From positions 40,711,989-40,775,988 of the forward strand of contig NC_081373.1 in the NCBI RefSeq assembly GCF_030684315.1: 64,000 nucleotides of DNA. Reading direction: 5' to 3'. Shown piece after piece: positions 12,479-24,492 of the stretch. Position 1 is the stretch's first letter; each line of letters begins with the position of its first letter. The translations under genes were made by a program, and so were the position numbers. The DNA comes from Stegostoma tigrinum (lineage: Eukaryota). The notes beneath the pieces were generated by a model that saw only the letters and a program-made list of their open reading frames with translations, was not told the origin of the DNA and searched no databases.

Positions 12479-13389
12479 CCACACCATCTATTCCAATTTA
12501 ACGCTTTAACTAAAGTTCCCCACTAAATCTCCCTGAACCCTCTTAAGGATCCTCACATTCAGGTATATTGACTAGTACTGGACACAGAACTCCATTTGGG
12601 ATCTAACAGTGCTTCTTAAAGGGTCAACATAATTTCTATGCTTTTGTACACAATGCCTCTATTTATGAAGGCCAAGATCCAGATGCATTGCTAATCATTC
12701 ACCTATTATGAGCTGCCACCTTCAAAGATCAATGTACAATGACCCTCAGACCTTTTGCTCCTGCAAAATCTTTAGAATTGTGCCACTGATCCTATATTGT
12801 TTCTTCCTACTCTTAACGCCAAATAGCATCACATTGCACTTCTCCATCTTAAATTCCATCTGCTATTTGTCTGCCTATTCTTCGTCCTGTTCCACGAAGC
12901 TTGATAGGTTCCTCTTTACCTTTTTCTCATGTTGCATGAGGTAACCTGAACATTGATCAATCACTTGGACATTAACAATCGTTTTTGGTTTTGATGAATA
13001 CTTTTATGCTTTTCAGAATGAATACGTATTCTGTTACCAATGCTCTCCATTTTCTGGGCTCTGTACTTGCGCCAATACACCCAGGCTCCCTGTTCCAGTG
13101 GCTGGCTTCTTTCATTACTCTGCTGAGTTTGGTATAATTGGTCAAATTTTGAAATTCTACTGTGCCTTTGGAAAAACAGTGGTCCAACTGTCAACTCTGA
13201 GGAAACTCTACTGTCAACCACCATCCAGTTTGAAAAGAACCATTTACATAACTTGGAGATAGCAAGAACTGCATGTGCTGGAGTCAGAGCAAACACAGTG
13301 TGAAACTGGAGGAACACAGCAGGTCAGGCAGCATCAGAGGAGCAGGAAAGTCAATGTTTCAGGTCGGGACCCTTCTTCAGAACAGTTCC

Positions 13390-14330
13390 GTCATTTATAT
13401 AAATGTTTTGGGTGTGAGCATGGGAGGTATGGTTAGTGAGTTTGCAGATGACACCAAAATTGGAGATGTAGTAGACAGCGAAGAAGGTTATCTCAGAGTA
13501 CATCGAGATATTGATCAGATGAGCCAATATGTCAAGGAGTGGCAGATGGAGTTTAACTTAGATGAATGTGAGGTACTGCATTTTGGAAAGGCAAATCAGG
13601 GCAGGTCTTATGCATTTAATGGGAAGGTGTTGCTGAACAGAGAGACTTGGAGTCCAGGTTCATAATTCCCTGAAAGTGGAGTCGCGGGTAGTCAGGGTAG
13701 GTAAAGAAGGTGTTTGTTATGCTTGCCTTTATTAGTCAGTGTTTTGAGTTGTAGGAGTTAGAAGATCATGTTGCAGCTGTACAGGACATTGGCTCGGCCA
13801 CTGTTAGAATTCTGTTTTAGGAAGGATGCTGTGAAACTAGAAATGGTGTGGAAAAAAATTACAAGGATGTTGCCAGGGCTGAAGGGTTTGAGCTATAGGG
13901 AGAGGCTGAATAGACTGGGGCTATATTTCCTGGACCATCAGAGGGGTTACCTAATAGAGGTTTAAAAAATCATGAGAGGCATGGTTAGGGTAAATAGACA
14001 AAGTCTTTTCCCAGGGGTAGGTAAGTCCAAAACTAGAGGGCATAGCTTTACGGCGAGCGGGCAAAGTTGTAACAGTGGTCTAAGAGGCAACTTTTTCACG
14101 CAGAGGGGGATGCATGTACAGAATGAAGTGCCTGGGGAAGTGGTGGAGGCTGGTATAATTGCAACATTTAAAAGGCATTTGGATTGGTATACGAGTAGAA
14201 AGGATTTAGCCCGATATGAGCCAAATGCTGGCAAATGGGGCTAGATTTATCTAGAATATCTTGTCAGCATGGACACGTTAAACAAAAGGCCTGTTCCCGT
14301 GACTATAATCTCTATGACTCCATGACTCAA
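13390..14330 (+). mobile_element. CR1 LINE 3' fragment
   Basis: FADDTKIGDVVDSEEGYLR...WQMEFNLDECEVLHFG, TRGHSF...NFFTQR, and a (CTATGACT)-like tail. Confidence 0.9.
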
Positions 14331-16063
14331 TGACAAAGTACTCATTAAGTATTCGATCCTTTTCCAGCACTTCCAGCAATGTATCACCTTGTTTGTTTTT
14401 AGTAGGACACTTCACTCTCCCCATTTACTATTTACATGCTGGTAGAAGATTATTGGGCTCTCTTTTATGTTAGCTGCCATTCTTTTCTCATAATCTCTCT
14501 TTGCCACTATTATATTCTTCTTCAAATCCCCTCTAAAATGATTGAATGTGACCTAAAATTCAGCTCACATGCATTGCAGACCTTTCCTTTTATTTCTACC
14601 TCTGTTGTCATTCAGGGAGTGCTGTTTTTGGTTCTCCAATCTTTCTCTCTTGTTGCAATCTACTCAGCTTGCAACTGTACCTCTTCCTTAAAGAAAAATT
14701 GTCCCATTACAGTTATCACCATCAACCTTTGATTCCATTTTACCTCAGCTAGGTCCATTCTCATTTCATTAAAAGGAGTCCACTTACATTTCCAAAATCC
14801 TTTTCCACTTTGACCTTCCAGTTTATATTATCACTTACTATTTTTCTATTACTAATCTAAATCTTATGATATGATGATCCCTCTTATACAATACAGTTCC
14901 CTGCTTAAAACTAAATCAAGAAATACCTCCTTTATCCTGACGACGTACTGAATTCTTGAACACATTCGGAAAAATTCCCCCACTCTTTGCTCTTTATTCT
15001 AACATCATTCCAATTGATACTTGGGTAATTGAAGTATTGCAATATAGTTTTTGTACAGCCCTGTGATTTATTTATTTTCTTTACACAGTGTCGTGTGCAA
15101 CGCATATGTCATAAGTTACATGCATGGAATTTCTGTAGTTTCTTCCAAAAGTCATTGTTACATGTTATGTATCTCACAGATGTACAATAAGTTGGGAACA
15201 TTTTGCATTAAAGATATTCAACTTGGACTTCAAGATGATGCCATGTATAATTCCATGTAAAAACCTATACACTGGACTCACCTCTTTAATACATGCTTGT
15301 ATTTACCAATCAAGTCATAGATGGCTGAGAAAACGTGATTGACCCCACGTACTGAGAACAAGGATGAAGCATGAGGCATTCCCAGTGCCTTACCACATGA
15401 TCTCTAAGCTCTTGAGCAATGTTAAGCTCTTGCTCATTGCACTGCTAAGGTTTTGTGGGTCATCAGCTGGAAGGTTTCCTTGGTGTATGCCTTTTATTCA
15501 CTTTACTGCAGTAGTATAGGAACACCATCAGAAGTGTCGCTTCTTTGCTTTTCTCATTCTATTTCATCTTATTTTTTCTATTTTTTATGATATATGGATG
15601 TCATTTTTCTTTCTATTTCTCTCTCAAGGCAAAGCTAGAAAACATTTCAGAAGAAGGACTATCCCTTCATGCAAAACACAAAGCAATAATCTCTATTAAG
15701 GTTGTAATTACTATTTTTCAAATACATGGCTCTCAGTTACATAGTAGCATCGAGGAGAATTGTACCAATTTAGTATTATCTTGTCTTTGCCCAACTGAGG
15801 ATTTTCATAAATATTACACGTGAGTTACAAAATAAACTTTGGAAACATAAGAAGTACGAACAGAGTAGGTCATAAGACTCTTCAAACTTCCTGTACATTT
15901 AATAAGATTATGGATAAACTTCTAAATCAATTCTATTTTTCTTGTTACTTGTTCCTTTCTGTTCCCTGATTCCTCTACTACTCAAAATTGTATTGATCTC
16001 AGTCTTGAAAAATGCATCAACTAAATGTCCAAATACCCCTAGGAAAGAGAATTCCAAAGATTG

Positions 16064-16600
16064 TCCAAGACAATAAAATGTGAGGCTGGATGAACACAGC
16101 AGGCCCAGCAGCATCTCAGGAGCACAAAAGCTGATGTTTCGGGCCTGGACCCTTCATCAGAGAGGGGGATGGGGTAAGGGTTCTGGAATAAATAGGGAGA
16201 GAGGGGGAGGCGGACCGAAGATGGAGAGAAAAGAAGATGGGTGGAGAGGAGAGTATAGGCGGGGAGGTAGGGAGGGGATAGGTCAGTCCAGGGAAGACGG
16301 ACAGGTCAAGGAGGTGGGATGAGGTTAGTAGGTAAGAGATGGAGGTGCGGGTTGGGGTGGGAGGAAGGGATGGGTGAGAGGAAGAACAGGTTAGGGAGGC
16401 AGAGACAGGTTGGACTGGTTTTGGGATGCAGTGGGTGGAGGGGAAGAGCTGGGCTGCTTGTGTGGTGCAGTGGGGGGAGAGGACGAACTGGGCTGGTTTT
16501 GGGATGCGGTGGGGGAAGGGGAGATTTTGAAGCTGGTGAAGTCCACATTGATACCATTGGGCTGCAGGGTTTCCAAGCGGAATATGAGTTGCTGTTCCTG
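16064..16600 (-). mobile_element. PLE 3' fragment (same family), tail-less, inserted in an old CR1 3' end
   Basis: Matches 2350-2880. Hammerhead variant at 16133-16160 (GAAACATC). No TSD seen. Confidence 0.9.
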
Positions 16601-17319
16601 CTTTGTGAAGAAATTTCTCCTCACATCTGTGTTAAATAAAATCATAAAATGTAGAAGCACCAGTAGGCCATTCAGCCCATCGGACCTACTCCACTATTCA
16701 ATGAGAACGTGGTTGATCTTGGGGTAGGCAATCTAGGACCAAGAGGAGGAGAATATTCTTTATTAACCAGAAAGTGATGAGCTTGTGGAATTCTCTGCCC
16801 GTTAAAACAGCTGAGAAAATACTGAGTGTTTTCAGGGAGGAATTAGATATTGCTGTTAGGCTGAGAGATTAAAGTGTGTGGAAAGAAAGTGGGAACAGGG
16901 TACTAAGTTGGATGATCAGCTATCATGATAGTGAATCGCAGAAAAAGTTTCAAGGGGCTGAATGGCCTACTCCTACACTATTTTATATACTTCTATGTTT
17001 CTATCACCTGCAAATCCTCAACTTGACTTTCCTGCCATTTCCTCTTGATCCTCTGTATCCTTGATTCCCTCATTGATTATAAATCTGTGTATTTCAGCCT
17101 TGAATATATTGAACAACTCAACCTCCACAGCCTTCTGTGGCAAGGAATTTCACAGATTCAGCACCCTCTTGGAGAAGAAATTCCTTCTCATCTCTGGCTA
17201 ATGGGTGAGCCCTAATTCTGAGATTATGCCCTCGAGTCCAAAACTCTTCCATAGGCGGAAGCAACTTTTCTGTAACTTTCCTGTCAAGTGTCCTTTTAAA
17301 ATTCTTTGAGGATGTAATC

Positions 17320-18540
17320 AACAAGGTAGAGATGGTAGGGATCTGGTGGGTGTGGTATATCTAGATATCTAGAAGACATTTGAAAATTTGCCACATAAAA
17401 GACTGATCCAGAAGGTTAGACCCAGAGGTTAAGGGTTGACAATTGGTTTGGATAGACAATTGGCTGACTGACAGAAAGCAGAGTGTTGGGATAAATGGAT
17501 CCTTCTCTGGATGAGGAATTGTAACTAGTGGGGTGCTACAGGGTTCATTTCTCAGACTTCAACTACTTATAATCTATATAAATGATTCTACTCACAGGAA
17601 CAGTTGTGTAATGTGGCAAAGTTCACAGATAAACCTAAAATAGGTGGGAAGACAGGCAGTGATGAGGTGATAAAGAGCTTACAGGTGTATATTGAAAGGC
17701 TAGAAGAATGGGCCAGAATAAAGATGGAGTTTATGGTGGAAAGGTGCAAGGTTGCCCATTTTGGCCAGAAAAACAAAAGGGCAAGACTATTATGTAAATG
17801 GGAAGCATATTCAAAATACATCAGTACAGAGGGATCTGGGCATTTTTGTGCATGAAAGTGGCCATGCAGGGTGCAGCATATAATAATTAAGGCAAATGGA
17901 ATCCTGATATTTGTTGCAAAAGGACTGGTTAAAAAAGTAAAGAAGTGTTGTTACAATTATATAAGATGTTGCTGAGACCACATCTGGAATATTATATCCA
18001 GTTTTGGTTTCCTTATTTGAGGAAGGATGTGGTGGCACTGGAGGCAGTTCAGAGGAGATTCACCAGATCGATTCCGGGGTGAAAGGGCTGTGTTACAAGG
18101 AGCAGTTGAATAGCTCAGGCTTGTACTCGCTGGAGTTCAGAATAATAAGGCAGGGAGGGGGGTATCTGATGGAGGTATGTAAAATGCTAAAAGGAGATTG
18201 ATAACATGAACATAGAACAGATATTTCCCCTTGTTGGACAGTCTTGAACGACACATCATTAATATGGAGTGAGGAGGAGGCAGGTTCAAACTGAGGAGAA
18301 ACTACTTCTTTTCAGAGTCTTGTGAATCTGTGGACCTTACTGCTCCAGAGTGCAGTGCAGACAGAAACAATCAACAATTCAAGAAAGAAATAGATATGTT
18401 TCTGATGAAAAGCTGAATAAAGCAGCATGGGGAGCAGGCAGGAAAGTGGACCTTAGATGAAATCAGCTATGTTGATGTTAAATGGTGGAGTGGTCTCAAA
18501 GAGCTGAATTTCTTGCTCCCGGTCATACTTCCTGGTGTCC
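17320..18540 (+). mobile_element. Degenerate CR1 LINE 3' fragment
   Basis: VAKFTDKPKIGG...MEFMVERCKVAHFG; many frameshifts. Confidence 0.8.
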
Positions 18541-19987
18541 AGGAGAGTATACACCCTGGAAGGTCCACCAATAGCTACCCTCCAAAAACTTTATACTAAA
18601 TAATGAGTCTTTTTTAACAAAATCACCTGTTCTAAATGCTATAAATAAATGTCTAGGTTTTATAATGCCTTCTCAAAAGACATTCCACGTGCCAGGAAAC
18701 AGCTATTGTTGTATTCCTTGAATGACATATATGTCACATTTCTCTGCCACTAATATTTCCTGGCTTTGTGCAAACTGCAAACAAATAAACTAAATTTGAA
18801 GAAAATGTGAAATGGAAAGTCATAATGTCATGATATTTAGTCTCCCTGTCCCCGCACGTTTTAAACTCTAAAATTGTACAAGTAAATTCTTGTTGTATTT
18901 TTTAATTCTAAAAAATCATATTTGTTTGAATACCTTGGTGCCAGATGGTAAATTTCATAGTGTGATAAATAATTCTTTCAGTTTGAAGTAATACTTCATG
19001 TGTAAAATTACAGTTTGAAATTTCATAGTGCATCTTCCTGTGGTTTTATTTGGAGAAAAATAATTTACAATTATTAAGCCCCTATCTTCCTGTCACATAC
19101 ACCCTAGCTATACCACTGGGGATTTTGACATCTGGCTTGATCCATCATTTCTATAGTGCACTCATGTCTGTGGTTGTACTTGGCACAAAATATAGCATTG
19201 TGGCAACATTGTAAACTGCAGAAAAAAACACAAAAAAGGTACAAAATAACTGCAAGTGTTTCTCTCATGCATGGAAAACAAAATCATGCCAGCACAGTTT
19301 TCATCATGCTAACTGATCTACTGGGCTTACCAATGATGTTTGATATAATTAAATATTTTATTATTTTCGGCAAAATTAATTCAAATCAAACTGGCATTCT
19401 GTCATTCATCTTTTCATTCGTGCGTTGAGTAAATCTTTACAAAGTTATTTTTTCTTGTAAATTATGACTCCTATGAAGCAATTGGAAGCAATTGACTCCA
19501 TTGATGAACCAAAAGGTTCACAAGCTATGAGTAAGTGATTAGAATGTTACTCGTTGTAGATTGAGTTTATCTCCACATAACAAAAAATTTTCAAACTACT
19601 CACTCTTTGGAGACAAGAAGTCTTTTTGATGATAGAAGAATCCTCATGTAACCTTCCATTTACTGAATGCATATCAATGTTTCTTTTCATTAAAAAAGTA
19701 AGACAAAGCATTGTTACCATTATTACATTCAATAAGTTCTTTACTGTTTAGAGAATGGGCCATAGATCATACACAATAATGTTATGTAACAAAATGTTCA
19801 ACTGCAGTCATGTTTAACATGCTACAAATCATTTTCTGCTGTGCATTTTCATAGATTTTCTGAATAACATCTTGAAAATTCCAACTGGTCAATATCGTCA
19901 CGCTGTCTGCTTGCCCCCATCACATATTTTCAGGAAGGCATGTTAAGAAGATAATAGATAAGTTAGTACATCAACCAGAGTGTGTAC

Positions 19988-20199
19988 CTCATGACATCTT
20001 CGACTCTGAATCCTTTCTTGCGTGCTAAGTCCATCAGAAACGATCTTCTACTCGATCCCATTTTTCTTTCTACAATAAATATGATCAGATCTTGAAATCT
20101 GACTTCATGTTTACTTTGTGAACTGCAGACTTCTGTCACTTTCTGCCTTTTCCTCTTTGGTATGATTCCCATTCCTCCCAGGCTTCCTGCTAAGCTCAT
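19988..20199 (-). CDS. DNTT: DNTT (terminal deoxynucleotidyl transferase) coding exon 1: NLS and start of BRCT domain
   Basis: Translation MSLAGSLGGMGIIPKRKRQKVTEVCSSQSKHEVRFQDLIIFIVERKMGSSRRSFLMDLARKKGFRVEDVM matches the vertebrate TdT N-terminus (human ...PRKKRPR...IKFQDLVVFILEKKMGTTRRAFLMELARRKGFRVENEL). It ends in a phase-2 donor AG|GTACAC at 19988/19987. Confidence 0.96.
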
Positions 20200-20242
20200 T
20201 TTTTTGGGATTGTCTTTACTGTTAAGTTACACTATCTGCTGT

Positions 20243-20351
20243 CAACTGCCTCTGTCACCTGCACCTTCTCTGCACTTAGTTAAACGTCTTTCAGTGATGT
20301 CACCTCCCTCGATTCTCTAAACAAACTCTGCAAACCAATTAAAGAATGGGG
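20243..20351 (-). promoter_or_regulatory. Candidate DNTT core promoter/5' UTR: initiator-like CCATTCT plus E-box and Myb-like sites
   Basis: The - strand reads GACCCCATTCTTT (CCATTCT at 20349-20343, fits YYANWYY and resembles the mouse TdT Inr CTCATTCT), about 150 nt upstream of the ATG. CAGGTG is at 20261-20256 and CAGTTG at 20248-20243. Motif evidence only. Confidence 0.35.
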
Positions 20352-20818
20352 TCACTGAGTTTCTGCACAAGCATCAGAGTTTATTGATTTTAACCCTTTG
20401 AGAATTCTTGCAGCAGTACCTCATAAAAATTTGTTGTTCAAATAACTTTTGAAAAATAATAGATATAATTCCGTTTCATAACATTGCGGAGCTAGGTATG
20501 TCAACAAAAATAGCACTGTTTTTCATCTGTTTTTCCTTTCTGTCTTGGAAAGGTGATTCATAGGATATGTTTTGATTATCTATGTGTAATCTCCCACAAT
20601 TTAGAGACATTAGATCAAGCATTAAGTTTGTTTCAATCTGAAAAAGAACACACTTGAATTGAGAATATAAAACAGAAATATTTTCTGTACCAGTGTTCCT
20701 TTCCTATTATCTCAACGATGTTGAATTCTCATGAAGGTTCACAATCCATTGCAGTCATGTAGCCAAGCTCAATGGTAACACAACTCAATCATTATACACA
20801 GGTGACCTAACATGCATG

Positions 20819-20823
<5 letters not shown>

Positions 20824-20887
<64 letters not shown>
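20824..20887. repeat. (CA)n microsatellite ~0.6 kb upstream of the DNTT ATG
   Basis: Pure CA run. Confidence 0.98.
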
Positions 20888-20888
<1 letters not shown>

Positions 20889-22039
20889 AAAACCCTTTTA
20901 AGCTCCGGATTCTGAGAGCAATTTCAGCTGTAAGTTGTAGAATTTCTTACTAAATTTCTTGGGCTCCCTACGGCTCCTCTGAGATGCTCCTTAAAACGCA
21001 TCTCTTTGATCAAGTTTTTTTGTGATGATCCTTGAGGTCTTTATGTCAATACAGGTTATAGTTCTTATTGTTTAATATTGCTACAATGACTTAGAATTAG
21101 TGAACTCAGCATTAATGATCAAAGCGATCGCTCTAGAAATCATTTCTCTAATACTTCATCAATTATAATCATTAATCTCTAACAATTCATTCTTGGTACT
21201 AAAACATTACAAGGATAATTTTGAGAGAATTGTTTTATATACATCTTCACACAGAATAGTAAAGCTTGAAATTTCCTTGTGTAGAGCCACTTGTAACAAT
21301 ATTTTGGAGGAAATCCTGCTGCGCAGAGTATACACTTGTTTTTTGTGCTGTGCGCATTATTATCTGCTCTCAGCATGGCCTGAACAGCTTTTCTGGAGGA
21401 CAAGGGACACATGTATGGATACCTCTAGGAGGGAGCTTGGGGAATACAGTAATGCAGACACCACTACCATCAACGACTTCACCCTGCCAAACTGCCACCT
21501 TCAGCTTTCCAGGTTTGCCTGACGTGAGGCATGACCTCTGTTGCAACAGAGAGAGCAAGCTGTCACTGAATGTGTGGTTGTGATGGCTAAAATGATGGTG
21601 ACGTGCACCAAAACACGGCTGTGACCAACACTCCCTGTAGATTGTGTGCCTTCACAGCTGTGCACCAGGAAAACGAAACCATGCACACTCCATGATTGTC
21701 CACACACCAGATGGTCGCGTCCAAATGGCAAATGAAGGAATCCTCCCCAGAATATCAGAAAGCACCTTCCAGACTGCTGATGGCCCATGAATCCCAGAAT
21801 CCACCAGATACCAGAACAAATCACAGGATTTTGGAATTCAGTCCTCAGCCACACAACTGCTTCCAGCTCCAGAAAGATTTCATAAACATCATTGAAGCAG
21901 CTCCAGAAAGGAAAAAGATCATAGGAGGATCCTAGGGAGTTTACAGTTGCATCAGCAGTGACTTGGAGGATCAGACATGAGATCCAGGAAGCAGGCAGCC
22001 ACTCCAGAAGGGAGTAACATTTGACTCAAATGGCAGCTT

Positions 22040-24492
22040 ACATTTCTCTTCCAAAATTTAAAGTTTGTTTTCTTGATAAGTTTAAAATATGTCCAAAAAA
22101 AAGCAAATGAATCTTCAAAAAAGAAATCCTATGCATATTTTGAAAGGGAATGGCTTTCAGAAGTCTTTTCGAAACAGAAATGCCACCTTCAACATAAACA
22201 GAATGAATGAACTGATGAGATGTTCATTTATCTTGAAGGGGATGATCGTGATGTGGTGAAACTCCTCACTGATAATGTCATACTTGTCGGAAAGACGAAT
22301 GGGTCCATGCTTTCCATGCAAGACAGTGATGAACATGTGGTAAAGTGGACGGCAATTACTGAGAGATGGCACAGCAAGAATTATGCCTTAGAATTTTCAG
22401 AGTGTATCGTCTTCATCATACAGAGACAGTTCTTGGATGAATTATGTAAATCACCATTTCATGACTTGATAGTGGATGAAAGTATGGAGATTTCAGTAAA
22501 ACAAGGGTTGATTTTGAACAACAAATTTTGTCCAGAATCTAAACTTGCTTAAGAGACTACCTTTGCAGGAATTTTGGAACTGACTGCTTGCAATATTGGA
22601 GATAATGGGAACTGCAGATGCTGGAGAATTCCAAGATAATAAAATGTGATGCTGGATGAACACAGCAGGCCAAGCAGCATCTCAGGAGCACTTTTGTGCT
22701 CCTGAGATGCTGCTTGGCCTGCTGTGTTCATCCAGCCTCACATTTTATTGCTTGCAATATTGCCTCCTTTGTGAAAGCAGTCAAGTAACTTTATGTTTGC
22801 AATGAAGTTGATTTACAGAAGATGGTAATATTTACCTCAAAGTCTCTTTTATGCTGGGAAAGAAACATGGAGTAGCTGCATTCTTGCAGCAAGAAATCAA
22901 ACATTAGTTGGAACAGCATTGCGTTGTTCATAGAGAAAATCTGGGAATGGATGATGCTTGTACACAGGTGTCAGTTATGTAAGATATTGAAATGTGACTA
23001 AGGACAATGTATGTTCAGCAGGGCAGCAGTGAAGAGAGGGTAATTGGAAGATTTTCCCAAAGTCACAGCATGAGATGCAGTGGCAGTTCAACATCTGAAT
23101 GAAGTGAGAGGGCTGTCAAGTCAGTTTGAAGTGTGTACACTAATGTGAAGCTGCAATGCCTTGATCAAGTACTGCAGAGAACAAGTGGATAAGTGCAATG
23201 ATCCAATAAATAAATATTGTCTGAAAATGCTCACAAAGTCACAATATCACGTTGCATTGACAGCTCTGCATTATGTTCTTAGTTAACTGGCATGTGTTGC
23301 GCAAATTCTTGCAGAGAAGCTGTTTCGCAATTACTGGAGTTATGCAATTTGCACAGGCCAAAATGAATGAATTGAAGATTCAATATCTAGGCGAATGAGT
23401 TTATTGGAGAGATGAAGTTAAGAGGACCATGAGGCTGCTCATGACAGTGATGTGGACACTGAAGCAATCCTTCAGTTTTTTCATTAGCGATGTGACCATG
23501 TGGAAAACAGACTTCTAGAAGAGGAATTACAAGAGTGGCAAGCATTTCCTTAAGGCTACAATGCCAGGACAGCTGATTATGAATTCGGAAAAGACAGTGC
23601 TGTGTGATTGATATTGAAATATTCTACTTTTGTGCTGATCTACCGTGAAAATATAGCCACAAAGATATGTGAGGAATATTCCGATTTTAAATTTATGGTT
23701 GTCGATAAAGTCTCAAATTGGTTCCGTTCAGACATTCAGTGATTTGATGATTATGCTCTAAAAAAATGACCAGTCTCAAGAAGTGTCCATTCATCCAGAC
23801 ATTTGTGTAACATTTCAAGCATCAAGTGGGTATGGATTTAGCCTCATGACCTTGATTAAATGTAAATTCAAAAAGAGATTAGAAATAGATCACATGCACA
23901 GTTTGACATGTCTATTACGTTGTATATTTCATCTAGACAAAATATCAAAATTGCAGTCAACATAGGACAAATAACTGTGGATACCGGATATCTGAAACAA
24001 ACAAAAGTATAGTTTACTGGAGAAACTCAGCGGGTCTGGCAGCAGCAGTGGAGAGAAAACAGGTAATATTTCAAGTCCAGTGACTCCCTTTGTAATCATT
24101 GGGCAGCAAATAAGGACAGGTGTGAAAATCTGCCAACAAATAATTCATTAATGTCCTCTTTTGGTCACGGAGTTTATGTGGTACACATACACCACCACCG
24201 TACAGGACCCCAGACCTCTGAGGAGAGCAAATAATTTTGTTTTATTTTATCAGGTAGAATACTAGTAGATGTAAAATATCTTAAATTCTAACTTATAATA
24301 ACTAACTCTATGAAAAATTGCAGTATACGGGTAGAATGGCTGAAACTTTAAATTAACATAAATGCTTGCTTTTAATTGTTAATAAATAAACTGTGAGAAA
24401 ATAGCAACATGATTTCAGTTCAATGTATGCAACGTGCCACTCAGATTAATTCAGGTTCTGCACATTCCCCAGAAAAGTTAGAGGGATCACTG
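22040..24492 (+). mobile_element. Fossil hAT-superfamily DNA transposon (ZNF862/Tip100-like transposase, pseudogenised)
   Basis: Broken frame reads ...LDELCKSPFHDLIVDESMEISVKQGLIL..., FAGILELTACN, MLGKKHGVAAFLQQ and EQHCVVHRENL (hAT DES and CxxH motifs). TIR-like TTAGAGGGATCACTG at 24478-24492. The left boundary is uncertain. Confidence 0.75.
22599..22748. mobile_element. 150-bp PLE-derived fold-back (hairpin) insertion
   Basis: The PLE 3' terminus on - is joined to its own reverse complement. TSD TGCTTGCAATATTG at 22585-22598 and 22749-22762. Confidence 0.9.

Noticed and set aside
19963-19987. C-terminal RYTLWLMY of the 78-aa ORF
   Set aside because: This is intron read-through past the DNTT exon 1 donor.
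22636-22748. Hairpin as a miRNA gene
   Set aside because: It is fully explained by inverted PLE 3' ends with a TSD, and there is no expression evidence.
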